A stretch of 64,000 nucleotides of DNA. It comes from Lama glama (lineage: Eukaryota). The notes under the pieces were generated by a model, which saw only the letters and a list, made by a program, of their open reading frames with translations, ran no database searches and was not told the DNA's origin. Every line of letters starts with the position of its first letter. The first letter of the stretch is position 1. Shown piece by piece: positions 40,150 through 55,798 of the stretch. A program made the translations under genes and the position numbers. The DNA is taken from the NCBI GenBank assembly GCA_028534125.1, contig CM052822.1:66960001-67024000 (forward strand), given 5' to 3'.

Positions 40150-40882
40150 CCTACTAGGATGGCTGTAACAACAACAACAACATGGAGGCTAACAAGTGTT
40201 GAATGGAGAAATCAGAACTCTTGTGTGTTGGCATTNNNNNNNNNNNNNNNNNNNNNNNNNNNNNNNNNNNNNNNNNNNNNNNNNNNNNNNNNNNNNNNNN
40301 NNNNNNNNNNNNNNNNNNNNNNNNNNNNNNNNNNNNNNNNNNNNNNNNNNNNNNNNNNNNNNNNNNNNNNNNNNNNNNNNNNNNNNNNNNNNNNNNNNNN
40401 NNNNNNNNNNNNNNNGGAAACAGNNNNNNNNNNNNNNNNNNNNNNNNNNNNNNNNNNNNNNNNNNNNNNNNNNNNNNNNNNNNNNNNNNNNNNNNNNNNN
40501 NNNNNNNNNNNNNNNNNNNNNNNNNNNNNNNNNNNNNNNNNNNNNNNNNNNNNNNNNNNNNNNNNNNNNNNNNNNNNNNNNNNNNNNAGTCAGACACAGA
40601 GGACTGGTATTGTATGATTCCACTTACATGAGGTACCTAAAAGAGGCAAATTTACAGACATTAAGTAGATTAGAGGTTACCACGGTCTGGAGGGAGATGG
40701 GAATGAGGCGTTCATGCTTAATTGGTACAGAATTTCTTTTTGGGGTAATGAGAAAGCTTTGCAGGTGGACAGTGGGGATGGTTGCACAACATTGTGAATA
40801 TAAGTAATGCCACTGATTGTACACTTAAAGTGGTTAAAATGGCAATTTTTATGTTATGTATATCTTATTACAATTAAAAAAA
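40150..40882 (+). mobile_element. L1M 3' fragment, partly N-masked
   Basis: cacctactaggatggct...aacaagtgttg; tgtatgattccacttacatgagg...atggttgcacaacattgtgaat...acaattaaaaaa. Confidence 0.75.
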
Positions 40883-41365
40883 CCTTTCAAAGACCCTACA
40901 TCTGACGTCTAAAAGGGTTCCTTTGTTAACTATTAAATTAAAATTTTAGATGAGAATGATAACTAAATACAAATGTAAAAGGGAGACGCGAGGGTCAGGA
41001 AAGCGTTCGTGAAAGGGTGGATGGGTAGGGCAGCAGTGCAGCAGGAGAACTTTGGGAGCAAAGACCCAGCTGCAGGGTTGTGAGGGTGGACAGGTCACTT
41101 GAAGGAGGCTGTCTGGCTGAAACCAGGGATGGGGACAAAAAGCAGCAGGAGATTCAAGGTTGGAAAGCTCTAGTAGCCACAGAAGGAGTTCAAGTGCATA
41201 GCCCTGGAGGGAGGGTTTTGAAGCAGGGGAATCGCAGAATCAGACCTGTACTCTAGAATGGCGACCCAACTTAGCCCTCAGCATCAGAACTGCCTGGACG
41301 GCTTGTTAAAACACAGAGTGCTTTAACCTCATAGCCTCGCTATGAGGACCTGGGGCTGGTGGTAG

Positions 41366-41551
<186 letters not shown>

Positions 41552-43525
41552 TAAAGAAAGGTTCCAGATGTACCACCAGTTCTGGGGGGGACAAAGTAAA
41601 TACAAAATGGCGTTGGTTCTAGATAAGATTTTAGCTTAAAATAATATAGTTGCACATCAACTATTCCTGTCCCTTTTACTAAGCCATGCAACAGAAGTGG
41701 AGCTGTTAGGTATGATTACAAAAATGCTTCGAGAACTTAGAACAAACCTGGCGTGGGTCAGGCAGGCAACGCTTCTTGCCAGAAATGATTTGGGGGATAA
41801 GGGCCTTAAAGATCATATTCAACAAACATTTTTTGAGTCCAGCTGTGTGATAGGCCCTGGGCTAAGTGCTGGGGATTTCTTTCAAAGTTTAATATGACAT
41901 CAACTCCCTGTCCAGTGATAGAGGTGCTACTGCCTGGGGGCTCCCCAGAAGGGGGAACACGTGTGAAGAATGAATAGTTTCCCGGAGACCAGGAGGTAGT
42001 GAGAACAGGACATTCCAAGGGGGAGAGGCCTGAGACACAGAGTGGCACATGGGACTGACATGGTTGAAGGAAGAATGAAAAAGGAGGGAACTGCTACTAG
42101 GGCAGGTGAGGCTCTATGACCAGAGATTTTGGCTCCTTGTAATGAATTCAAGTCAAAGTGTGTCATGGGTTCTGAGGGGTTTGCAAAGTGATTTCAGGGC
42201 TTCTGTCTTTAATCTCTGAGAAGCACCATAAAACCTCAAAGAGGGAAGAAAATCCACTGATAAGATCAATTCCCACCAAACCCTCACTTGTACCGCAGGG
42301 CGTGCAGGCTAAGCAGGGAGTTGGAAGCGCTTAGAAAAGAATGTGGTGACCACAGGGGCAAGTTTGGATTCACCTAGACTAATTATTACAAATTAAACCA
42401 GTTTCCTTTGTCCTCTTGCTAGGTTGGGAGGACAGGGCAGCGGGCGAAAATAGCATATGGTGATTTCAGTAAAGCTCGAGTCTTTTCGGAGATCCTCATG
42501 GAAAAGCATGGTGGGTGCTCCCAGGTGGACCTGCAGCTCAGTGAGCAGAGACGCCAGAGTCCCCACTGATTAACTGGCATCAGTGTGGCTGCAGGTCTCT
42601 TGGGGGCTTGAGTACCATGGGCCTGTTCTTGGCTCTGTCCCAGTCTCCATTTTAATCAATCCCTCGTATGAAAACAAAAAAATATGCGTATGGGGTTTGT
42701 AGGTGGTACAATCCAAAGAGGGGTGCTTAATATGACAGATGGAAAAGAACTCAAGATTAAAATTTATTCTAAAAAAAATTTATCTTTAAAAACTCAGATG
42801 AGCCAATGTGAATGAAGACTGTGGAAGAAATAAATAGAAGATTCTACATTTGGATTTAAACCTGACTTACACATGTTCTGGACGGGAGGGACCTGGCTTG
42901 CAAAGAGATTATGGGAAACAGTTGAAGACTGTGGCTGAATTCCTTTTGGCAAGGAGGCCCTTTGAGAATCTGATGGAAGTTCTGGGCTTCCTTCCCAAAA
43001 AGGGGCACGTATGCCCACACCCATAGATTCTTCCCATTGGAGGATCTGCAGGCTGGGAAGCTCACAGCAGCCAGGAGGAGCTTGGGGATGGCCGCAGCTG
43101 GTGGCGGCCACAGCTGACGGCCCAGCGTGTTCTAGTGGCAGCGCTGTAGTGGTAATGTGGGCTCAGCTCAGGGGGCCAGGCAGGATGGAGAAGCATCTGG
43201 AGGGCAAGCCGACAGACTAGGTTTGCTCCATCCAGGTAGCTCCAGAGGCAGATGCTGGACCCACAGGTCTGGGCCACAGGAAGGCAGGTTGGAACTCAAA
43301 AGTGAAAAGGAACTTTCCAGCAGTCGTGGTGTTAGCTAATGAGGATGTGGCCAACGAGAGCGGGCCCATCGGGCCGGCGGATGGTTCCCACCCTGGCTGG
43401 AGGGAGGCTGCATGGCCTCCAAGTCCTTCCCACGCTGAATTTCTTGGGTTCCATGCCTCGAGGACTTCAGAGAGAGAGAGGAGAGCTTAACCCATGGGCT
43501 CACCTGCTGTCACTTCCCCTCGTGA

Positions 43526-44095
<570 letters not shown>

Positions 44096-44713
44096 TGAGC
44101 ACTGCAAATTCTGAACACACCTGTGAAATGAAATCACACTGGCATCCTCTATTCACCCAAATCGGCCTGATCATTCAGCTAATACCCTAAACAGTAATGT
44201 CACTAGAAATGTGAAAGAAACACAATTAATGGGTCTCTTGGCCATTTTGGATTTGGAGGGCAACAATTCATGCAATCCAAAATAGCTGATAATCTAAAAG
44301 TCGCTGCTGTCTGTCTCTGTTACATGGTGTGATACCCTCTTCTGCAGAGAAAGGCCCAGGAGTAAGCGGGTAGGACCACCAGCCTGAGCGCTGACATGTG
44401 TCCTAGATAAACCATCAGGCGGGCAGTACCAGATCCCTGAAAGTCAGGAATGCTGGCGTGCCGGGCCGCTGAGCTGGGAGGACGAACCCTGTTCCAGGCT
44501 TCCAGGCCCAGTGGGCAGGCTCCCGAGCCCGGGTCCCTTAGAGGCCATCGCAGGCAGCTGAGTCTGAGAGCAGGGCAGCTGGAACCCAGCTCCTCACTGC
44601 TGGGATGCACTGAGGCATCGCCTTCTTGGTGTCCACCCATCTTGGGAGCGAGTCTTCCAAGCAGAAGTTCGTCTGGGGCTGGGTGAACAGTCAGGAGACT
44701 GCACTGACTCTGA

Positions 44714-44839
<126 letters not shown>

Positions 44840-45843
44840 TGAGCTGAGGCTTCGTCTTCTGGCCACTGAGCATAGACTGGGGAAGGCGCGGCCTCCCAGA
44901 CACAGCTCCCGAGGGAGAGCTTGGTTTGGTGCCAGCTAGAGCTTCTCCCCGCCTGGTTCAGGGCTGTGTGACCGAGACCCACTCACGACAATGGCTTGAC
45001 TACTCTCTCTCCTCCATCAAGTCCAGCCTGGATTGGTGGCTTTGCTCCATGTAGTCATCAGGGCTTCCGGCTGCTGGCAAGGGCCCGGGCTCTTTTCATC
45101 TTGTGACTCCCCAGTCCATGCAGCAGCCTGTCTGCACAGCTCAGGGTGGCTCAGAGAAAGGGAAGGATGTGCTGGACATTCCTCTGTGTTGGCCAGAACT
45201 TAGCCACACGGCCACACCTGGCTGCAAGGGAGGGTGGGAGAGGGGGCCTCTGTTCTGGCCAGCCATGTGCCACCTAAACATTGTGACTCTGGGGGAAATG
45301 GGATCTGGACCCTGGGCACCAGGAGCATTCTCTTTAGAGAAAACCCCTCTTGAGGGTGTTGGTGGCATGTGCGGTGGTGATATTATTTGTGTGGCGCAAG
45401 TGGTGTGGAAGTGAGCGTGTGTGCGATGCCGGGGACTGGTTTGTGGGGTGACGGCATGCAGTCATGGGGGTGGGGGAGGAGGTATGGCAGTGGGGGTGGT
45501 ATTGGTATGTGTGGGGGTGTGGTTTAGGCTTAGGGAGACGCATAGCCTTGGGGCCACACTTCCTGACACCAAGGTGGTCCTGGCCTCTTGAAGTCCTCTG
45601 ATGCCCAGCTCCTGACTAGGCAGGGGGCTCAGGTCAAGGTGATCAGCTGAGGTTAGGAAGAAATCTTGACATTCCAAAGGGATGATTTTAGGCAGGGAGA
45701 ACCTCCCTCCCCCAACATACAAACCCAGGTCCACGAATGATGTCAGTGGATTCCTGGGCAACACAGCCCAGGAGCTACACGTCGGGGTTAGCCAAGTCCG
45801 CCCCTAACCTGTAGGATACTTTCACTCAGCTCATCTCTGCTAA

Positions 45844-46302
<459 letters not shown>

Positions 46303-46828
46303 GGTGGGTCAGGCCAGAGGTAGCCCTCTAGCCAGGCTCCGAGACCTGCCAGCCTCAGGCTCCTCTCCAAGGCGAAGCCATGAGGAGGGTGACCTCTGCC
46401 AGTGAGCCCTCTTCCAGGCCCTGGAGCCCTGGTTCCCAGTCTCCTTGGCCCCAGGCAGGTCCTGTGGCTCAGCAGTGAAGTCCCACATGCTCAGTAGCAC
46501 AGTAGGCACCTGTCCCCCAGACACTTATGTGTGCACACGTCCCCTCTCAGAGTCCACCCTCAGTCACCTCAACATGTCCCTCCCTGGCCCCACAGTGGAA
46601 CATTCCTTCCTCATCAGGCCGTGGTGCTTTGAGGAAGGGTGGGGACTGACACAGACCGTGCTATCTCCGCACAGACGCGACCCCTCCCCAGTCATTTGTC
46701 TCCTGGATGCTGGGAGGCAGGCAGAGAAGCCTCCTCTCCCCTGGGCCCTGCAGCCACCTCCTTGCCTCGCCTGGGGGCTCAGGCAGGCTCCTGGTGGTGG
46801 TACGGCTGTGCTGGTTGGTCACTGATGG

Positions 46829-46834
46829 AATAAA
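46829..46834 (+). terminator. CLEC2L: Probable CLEC2L polyadenylation signal (AATAAA)
   Basis: First AATAAA after the stop, about 530 nt downstream, followed by a T/GT-containing stretch. Confidence 0.75.
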
Positions 46835-48409
46835 GAAATGACAGGTGTCCAGAGAAGTCGGCTACCATTTGTTCCAGGGTCATGGCTTGGGGGAGGGGCA
46901 GTGGGGCCCGTCTCAGTGGGGCCACAGTGGATACCCAGCTGTGGAGGCGTGTGGCAGGCAGGGTGTGTAGTAAACAAGGCCAAAACCACGTTCTGTGGCC
47001 TCAGGGCACCATCGAATGTTGCTGGGCCACTGAGTTATTCTTAGATGTCTCAGGGGTGCGCTCCATCTGGCTCCTTCATTGCTATTCAACTCAATATGAC
47101 AAACATTTATTCACACCTACCACGTGCCAGACACCACACCAGGCATGGGGATCAACAGCTTTATTCCCCAAGGAGCACACAGGGAGCAGAGGAAACAGCT
47201 CGGAAAGCATGCGAATGTTCTGGAACACAGGCGAGGGATGCTTACTCTGCCTTAGGGGAGGAGGGGGTGAAGAAAGCAGGCAGATGAGCTACAGAAAAGA
47301 TGATGGGTCAGCTAAGAGTCTGTGCAGGTCCTAGGGCCCCTTCCTGTCCCCCTCGGTCTGCCTGGGGAGGAAGTGGGGACCGCAAGTGCCACCCTCCCCA
47401 ACACACAGGCGTGGAGCCCCAGAGCAAGCCCCCGGCCCATTGAGATACGGGTAGCCTGGCCGGGAGCGTCGTGTGTGAATTTGGGTCCTGGCCTATTTTC
47501 AGGAAATAGCTCAGAGGGAAAGCAGGTCCTGCTTTGCTCTGCCCTGTCCCTTTACTGTCAGTTTGCAGACAAAACTGACAACATAGTTTTGTTGACCGTT
47601 CTGCATGCTTTGCAGATTCTTAGTAAAACATGGGTATTTTGTGGTTTCATATTTTGTCTTTATGGGGAAGCTAGCAGGGAAGCTGGGTGTGCAGCAAAGA
47701 AGTTAAGGGGGACTCAGTGTGGTGGTGGTGGTGGTGGTGGCTTGTGGGGGGCGGGTGGAAGAAGCCCACTGCCTTCCAGCCCCTGTGCAGAAGTGTGTTG
47801 AGGGGTGGGGATTGAGCAAGTGGTCAGCTGCTGCTACTTGGGTTGGGTGAGGGTGGGGAGAGCGGGAGTCTCTCACCCACACCTGTTCTCAGTCACATAC
47901 AGGCCTGTGGTTCTCACCAGCATCTTCCCCTCAAAGATGAGGAGTCTCAAAAGCCTTAGCTTACTGCTTACCCGTGGCACCTCATTAAATCTCCCAGAAA
48001 TGCCCCGAGAGAGGTAGTGCTGCCACAGGTGACAGAAGTGTGCCTCGGCAGGGTCCCCAGGCCGTGAGGAGGTAGCCCTGGGGGTTCAGGTAGGAGGAAG
48101 GGCATCACGGGGCAGGCTGGGGCCGGGAACCCGTGCCGTTGGAATCTTCTTATTCGAGTTTCCACAGCCTGCTGTCTGAGGATCTCAAAGCACACTGGCG
48201 GATAAGCTCTCCTAACCTGGGTTTGCCCTGGGACCGCGTGACAATTCTCAATCGGTTCTGCAAAGCTAAAGGAATTCTGACCCTGGGTCACCAACGTTTT
48301 AAGAGGTTTTTTTTTTTTTTAAATCTGGTTCCTACCGAGGAAGAAAACACAAGATCCAAACAAAACAAAGCACTGGCACTCCAAACTTCTGAAACTTTGA
48401 AAATCCTGC

Positions 48410-48900
48410 CAAAGTTTATAAAGCAGCCAGGCACCCGCGCACTCGCACTTGGGCGGAGCCAGGGTGGGCGGGCGGAGCCGTGGCGCCCGGTGCAGTTGCT
48501 CCCGGCGGCCGCACGCGGCAGCACTGAGACGGGGCTTCCCGCTGGTTCCTGAGCTGCCGGCGGGGTTGGGGAGGTGGGTCCAAGGGACCCACTACCCCTC
48601 GGCCGGCCCCACTCCTCAGCCTCTTTGGGAGATTTTTCCTTTCTGAGGCGACTCTCCTGGAGTTGAGAGTGCTTAGCTCGGAGCCCGGGAGGCCGCTCCC
48701 TGGGTTGATTTGAACCCACACCGCAGCCCTGTCCTCGGTGTGGCCCTTGGAGCGGGCAGGGAGTGGGCAGAAGGCGGGAGAGCGCAGCCCAGGCCACCGG
48801 CAGACGTCCCTTGTGAAGACGGAGGGACAGGGAGGATTTTCTAAGGAGGCCCCCCCCCCCGGGTGGCAATGTTTGTTCGTGTGCTGGTGGGTTCGCTAGT
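48410..48900. promoter_or_regulatory. Small orphan CpG island with GC boxes and a TATA-like palindrome
   Basis: CpG-rich. GGGCGGAGCC at 48451-48460 and 48470-48479; TTTATAAA at 48415-48422. Confidence 0.55.
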
Positions 48901-51085
48901 GTGCTAATCCTCCCATAACCCCGCAAGGTCGGCAGCATGGGTCCATTCTTAGGGTTGAGGAAACAGGCTCCAGGAGGTCGAGGGTCTGGCTCCACATCAC
49001 GTACCCAGGAGGTCGTGGAGGCAAGATCTGAACCCAGGCTCATCCCCACAGGGCCCATGGGAAGCCACTTGTGTGGCAGGCACGTCCCCTGCCCAGCCAG
49101 GCACTGAGGCCAGCTCTGAGGAGGGAGATGGGGAGGGTGTCTGTGTGTGTCCCTGGCAGGGAAGGAGTCACCTTGGGAAAGGACTGGGGTGCCCACAGGC
49201 GATTTACTTTTCTGGGCACGTTTACCTTCTTCATATAGTTTTCATGTGAATTTCCCACAGTGGGTAACGCAGACACTGACTTCTGTCCTCTCCCTTCAAG
49301 GCCCAGCTTGAGGCTCCCTGGGACTCCTTCCAGGACAGTGGCAGCCCTCAGTGACCTCTCCCTCTCCCCAACACCTCCAGCACTTAAGACTGAGTCTCTC
49401 ACACGGCCCAGTCTGTTGAAACTTTTCATCTGTGACTCATCCTTTCACATCATCTGATTGCTCTTGCCATCCGATTACAAGCCCCTGGATAGCAGGGAAT
49501 GTGTGTTGTCAGCCTCTCTGTAGCACACATGGCATGTGCTAAAAAACCGTTGTATATGACAGTAAGATTGCCGCCAAGTGTCATCTCTTAACTCTTTGCC
49601 ATGGTGGGAGACAGCAGTGGTTGGCCCTTGTCTTTTTGGCTTTGGTGGGCATGGCGTGATTTTAGGGGCACAGTAAAGATGAACTCTTTAATTTGTTTTG
49701 CTTCAATTAAGTGAGCTCACTCACATTCGCTAAGCATGCCCATACTGGGAGGGCTGAGTGGGTGTGGCCCAGAGCACAGGGGCCTGAGGGAGAGCTGCCT
49801 CAGTCTGCAAAACATCCTTTGCATCATACACAGAGCCCAGTTGTGAGGGGAAGCCAGGCCCAGGGAGCGCTTCCATCATGCCTGGGATTGGCTAAGGAAC
49901 AGTCCTGTGCGGAGACACCAGGATAACCATGTGAATGTCACTGTGCTGTCTGTGAAAGACGACCTGGTTTTCAGAGATGCCCACTGTCTGCTGAGGGCTT
50001 ACACCAGGAGTGGGTGGAGGTGGAGGCGGGTAAAGAGCTCCAAACTGGGAGCAAGTCTGGCATTCAAACAGGGGGCACCCAGAAAGCCTGCCCCGCCCAT
50101 CAGAGATATCACCTCTCAGCCTGAAGTGGACACTCCGTAGGCCTGCCCCCGAAGACCTGCCCGAGTCTAGTCTGGGGCTGGCTCTTCTACCAATGAGCAG
50201 TTCTGTAGCTCAGGCTGCTGTGTGAAACCTCTCTCACCCCAGGCTTCACCTCCATGAAGTAGAACTCGTGTCTGCCCTGCCTACCTCACAGGGTTTTGAG
50301 CATTGTAGATGCTAGAACTTGAGGGATTAGAAATTACCCCATTCTCACTGTCCATGAGCCCAGAGAGGTTGAATAACGAGTCAAGGTCACACATCCAGTG
50401 GCAGAGCCAGAACTCAGGTCTTGTGGCTCCCCTATTCCTTGTTTATAGTCATTACTGCACATGTCATGCTTTGTTTATTTGTTTACTTGTCCACCATCCA
50501 TACAGAAGTGTAAGCCCCTAGAGGGCAGGGATCCACTCTCAATGCTCCTTTGTTTCTCTAGCGCCTGGTACATACTGAAGGTGCTCAATAAATGTACACT
50601 GAACTAAACTGATCTTGACTTCTAGTTCAAGGGCTCCTTCCTCAACGCCATGCTGTCTCTGATCTTGGAAATCTGCACTGCCAGTCCAGCTGCCCACAAA
50701 GTATGACAACTTGCAGATGTTTTAGAGAAAAAGAAGATGCTCAACCACCTTGCAATGGCCATTAGGGTCCGGTAGTCTAGAGCACAGAGTCCATGTGAAC
50801 AAGGCATACACATCTAAGACAAAACTGGAATGATAATAATAATGAACATTAATTCAGAACTTATTAGAGTCAGGCATTGGGCTAAACAATTTCACACACA
50901 AAGTGCCCGGTCCACAATAGGCACACGAAGAAACGCTCAANNNNNNNNNNNNNNNNNNNNNNNNNNNNNNNNNNNNNNNNNNNNNNNNNNNNNNNNNNNN
51001 NNNNNNNNNNNNNNNNNNNNNNNNNNNNNNNNNNNNNNNNNNNNNNNNNNNNNNNNNNNNNNNNNNNNNNNNNNNNNNNNNNNNN

Positions 51086-51790
51086 GGAATGTAGTTTCGT
51101 GTAGCCACTATGGAAAACAGTAGGGAGATTCTGCAAAAAACTAAAAATAGAGTCACCAGCAATCCTATTCCTGGGCATATATCCTGAGGGAACTCTAATT
51201 CAAAAAGACACGTGCACCCCAATATTTATAGCAGCACTACTTACAATAGCCAAGACATGGAAACAACCGAAATGTCCAATGGCAAATGATTGGATAAAGA
51301 AGTTGTGGTACATTTACACAATGGAATACTACTCAGCCATAAAAAAGAATGAAATAATGCCACTTGCAGCAATATGGATGGACATGGAGATCATCATACT
51401 AAGTGAAGTAAGCCAGAAAAAGAAGGAAAAATACGATATGATATCACTTTTATGTGTAATCTTTTAAAAAATGGTACAAATAAGCTTATTTATAAAGCAG
51501 AAACAGACTTACAAATAGAAAACAAACTTATGGTTACTAGGTAGTAAAGACGGGCAGTGGAGGGATAAATTGGGAGTTTGGGATTTGCAGATACTAACTA
51601 CTATATATAAAACTGATAAACAACAAGATCCCACTGTATAGCACAGGGAACCATATTCAATAGTTTGTAATAGCCTATAATGAAAAAGAACATGAAAAGG
51701 AATATACATATGTGTATAACTGAATCACTATGCTGTACACCAGCAATTAACACAACATTGTAAACAGACTATATTTCTATTTAAAAAAAA
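51086..51790 (+). mobile_element. L1 3' region
   Basis: gccactatggaaaacagta...aatagccaagacatggaaacaacc...aatggaatactactcagccataaaaaagaatgaaataatgcc...tgtacaccagcaattaacacaacattgtaa. Confidence 0.9.
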
Positions 51791-53462
51791 AGTGCCCAAC
51801 CCATTGTAAGTGCTTAATTAAAAACTATTACCATTGTCTTGTTTAACTACGATGTAAGTTGAGTAGGCTAAAGTATGCAAGCTTCTATAATACACACATT
51901 TCACAGGCTTACCAAAGATCTCTTTCTGACTCACATCACAGACTAATGCAGATCAGTGACAAGGAGAAGCCTTGCTCCATCCAGGGCTTTTTTTTTTTTT
52001 TAATTTAATCAGTGGAGAGCATNNNNNNNNNNNNNNNNNNNNNNNNNNNNNNNNNNNNNNNNNNNNNNNNNNNNNNNNNNNNNNNNNNNNNNNNNNNNNN
52101 NNNNNNNNNNNNNNNNNNNNNNNNNNNNNNNNNNNNNNNNNNNNNNNNNNNNNNNNNNNNNNNNNNNNNNNNNNNCTAGAGCTTCTGAATGCAGAGGTTC
52201 ACACAGGATGGGTTTTAGGGGATGTGGTAGATGTGGCTGCCATGCACCAAGAATTTTTACTATCCTTCTAGGTATGTGGAAGGATTGTACTTCCTGGTGT
52301 CTTTGAAGGTAGGTACCTGGTGACACCAGAGTTTTTCAAGGAAAAGGGACATGTGTCATTTCCAGGTGGAAAGATCTAAGAACCAGTGCACACTTTTCCA
52401 TATTCTCCCTCCCCACTAATCATGATTTTTCAATTTGGAGATTTCATAAGACTAAAGCATCCTGGAATGCTAAGTCAGTATGTGAGGGACAGGTTTCCTG
52501 GGGAGCGTCTGAATCCACAGAGGACTGTAAGTGAGGGACAAAGCCTCTGCGACCTGGGGTTTGTTGTGATCACAGTACATCTTACTCTAGGCTATACAGG
52601 GGCCAAACCTGGAGGCAGCACACATTCTGTCCACAGTCCACTGGGCAGGACAATCATGGAAGGTGAGGAATATCTTCTAGCTGTATGCCTGGATGCATGA
52701 GATTCCTGCTTCTGCAAGTTGAGGTCTTTCAGTAGTTTTGGAATATTCCTCACCTTTGTCTCTTTAAATATTTCTCCTGCCTGATTCTTTTTTTCTCTCC
52801 TTCCAGCACTTCAATTAAGGCTGTTTGAGATTGTCACACAGGTCTCTAATGCTCAAGTTTTTCTGTTTTTTTGGTCAATTTTATGCACAAAAAATATGTT
52901 GGGATTCTGATTGCATTGAATCTATAAATCAATTTAATGAACTGTCTTTTTAACAATTTGACTATTCTAATCAATGACTAAGGGTAGGTAGATCTTGTCA
53001 TAAGTTTTTAAAAATTTCAGTAACACTTTACAAGCTTTAAGGGTAGAGTTTTTGTATATATTTTGTTAAGTATATTCTTAAATATTTTTCTTTTTCATGC
53101 TAATATAATTTTTTAAAATGTCAATTCCACTTGTTGCTAGTATAAAGAATCAGTATTNNNNNNNNNNNNNNNNNNNNNNNNNNNNNNNNNNNNNNNNNNN
53201 NNNNNNNNNNNNNNNNNNNNNNNNNNNNNNNNNNNNNNNNNNNNNNNNNNNNNNNNNNNNNNNNNNNNNNNNNNNNNNNNNNNNNNNNNNNNNNNNNNNN
53301 NNNNNNNNNNNNNNNNNNNNNNNNNNAAATCANNNNNNNNNNNNNNNNNNNNNNNNNNNNNNNNNNNNNNNNNNNNNNNNNNNNNNNNNNNNNNNNNNNN
53401 NNNNNNNNNNNNNNNNNNNNNNNNNNNNNNNNNNNNNNNNNNNNNNNNNNNNNNNNNNNNNN

Positions 53463-54630
53463 ATTAAAAACCTACATGTAAGACGGGATACTAAAAAATT
53501 CCTAGAGGAAAAACGCCAAAGGAGCAGAACAGTCTTTGACACAAATCTCAGCTGTATTTTTTTTGGATCCATCTCCTAAAGGAAAGGAAATAAAAGCAAA
53601 AATAAACAAATGGGATCTAATTAAACTCAAAAGCTTTTGCACAGCAAAGAAAACCATCAACAACCAAAAGACAACCTACGAATGGGAGAAAAATATTTGC
53701 AAGTGATATGACCAATAAAGGATTAACACCTAACAGCTCATACAACTCAATGTTAAAAAAAAACCCAAACAACCTGATTAAANNNNNNNNNNNNNNNNNN
53801 NNNNNNNNNNNNNNNNNNNNNNNNNNNNNNNNNNNNNNNNNNNNNNNNNNNNNNNNNNNNNNNNNNNNNNNNNNNNNNNNNNNNNNNNNNNNNNNNNNNN
53901 NNNNNNNNNNNNNNNNNNNNNNNNNNNNNNNNNNTCAAAAAGAACACAAATAACAAACGTCGGTGNNNNNNNNNNNNNNNNNNNNNNNNNNNNNNNNNNN
54001 NNNNNNNNNNNNNNNNNNNNNNNNNNNNNNNNNNNNNNNNNNNNNNNNNNNNNNNNNNNNNNNNNNNNNNNNNNNNNNNNNNNNNNNNNNNNNNNNTGGG
54101 TATAGATCCCCAAAAACCAAAAACACTAATTCGAAAAGATACGTGCACCCCAATGTTCATAGCAGCATTATTTACAACTGCCAAGTTTGCAACCTAAGTG
54201 TCCATCAACAGAAGACTGAATAGAGACGCTGTATGTAAATACAGCGAAATACTACTCATCTATAAAAAATGAACTTTTTCCATTTGCAGCAACGTGAATG
54301 GACTTGAAGGGTATCATGCTAAATGAAAAAAGTCAGACAGAGAAAGACAAATACTGTATGATCTCATTTATATGTGGAATTGAAAAGATGCAACAAACCA
54401 GTGAATATAACAAAAAAGAAGCAGACTCACAGATACAGAGATCAAACTAGTGGTTGCCAGTGGGAAGAGGAGGGGAGGGGCAGTATAGTGGTGGGCGAGT
54501 GGGAGCTACAAACTACTGGGTGTGAGACAGGCTGCATGGATGTATTGTACAACATAAGGAATGGAGCCAATATTTTGTAATAACTGTAAATGGAATGTAA
54601 CCTTTAAAAATTGTGTACATATAAAAAAGA
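53463..54630 (+). mobile_element. L1 ORF2 3' end and 3' UTR, partly N-masked, nested in an older antisense L1 (about 52700-53157 and 54630-54740)
   Basis: aaagcaaaaataaacaaatgggatctaattaaactcaaaagcttttgcacagcaaagaaaacc and a typical L1 3' UTR; the flanks are T-rich antisense L1M-like sequence. Confidence 0.85.
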
Positions 54631-55798
54631 AATGGAATCGATTTTTGTACATTGACCTTTTATCCTGTAATCTTACCAGGCTGACTTGTTAGCTCTGGAG
54701 TTTTTGGTAGACCGGTCAGGGTTTTTCATTGCATGTGTAGCCAATGTTTTATTCAAGTGTAACATGGGCCACCATCTTTCCAGCTCCTGAAATCAATTTC
54801 CTTCTCTGTCCAGCTGCTAAGCCAATGTATTTTATTTGGGATGTTTGCTACAGCACTACTTCACTTTCAGACATCAACGTCTACATTAATCAGGATGGGC
54901 TAATTGCTATAACAAATGACCCTAAAAATTCAGTGGCTTAAATACAATAAACAGATTTCTTTCTTACTCTTTGTGGTTTCATACAGTATGGTTTCATTAG
55001 GAGGCCATGAAATCAGTCAGTGACTTGGGCTCCTTCCATTTGGGGGCCCCACTGTGTTCTAAGCCCTCAGAGTCCTTCATCAGCCCTTCCACATCCGGCC
55101 AGAAATTGAAGGGAGAGTGTGGATAGAAGTTTGAGTATTTTTAGGGATCAGGTCTGGCCATATTTATCTCCAAAGAAAGCTAGGAAATATAATCTAGCTA
55201 TGCGCCCAGAGAGAAGGGGAAATGGCTTTGGGGAATACCCAAGCAGTCTTTTCCACATGTGGTGTTCTCCCCATTTTACAGATAGGAAAACTGAGGTTTG
55301 AGAGGTGAAGTGCTTTCCCAGCTTTTATAATCATCAACCACAGAGCCTGGAATTGAACCCTAATACGGCTGAGCCCAATGCCATGCTCTGAATCACCCTC
55401 CTAGGGATACTCTCTTCTCTCCTACCACCTCACTGGCTTGTGCTGTCTCAAGACCTATGGCACTCTTTTCCCCCTTAGAACATCCTCCAAGCATCCACTT
55501 TTTCCTTCTGGTTCTGGCCTTTTATCCACCAATGGCTAATTTGTTCTCTTACAAGCAGCCCGGTCCATGGACTTAGTTTGCAACGGAGTCTGAGAGAGCC
55601 ACTGCAATAAGACGTGAGAAGACATCTAAACAGAACACAAAACGACACAGAAGCACGTATCAAGTGGTTCTCTACAAGCGTACCTGCACTCCAGTGTTGT
55701 TGTACAAGCTGTCAAATGCAGGGTCTCAGTAGAAGGGGGTACCTCTGTAGATCAGCACGTGTAAAGCAAGCACGTAAAAAATGAGAATTAGACGGTCT

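Noticed and set aside
48288-49196. 302-aa minus-strand ORF
   Set aside because: A stop-poor frame across a CpG island with low-complexity Pro/Gly/Arg content, no domain and no ATG start.
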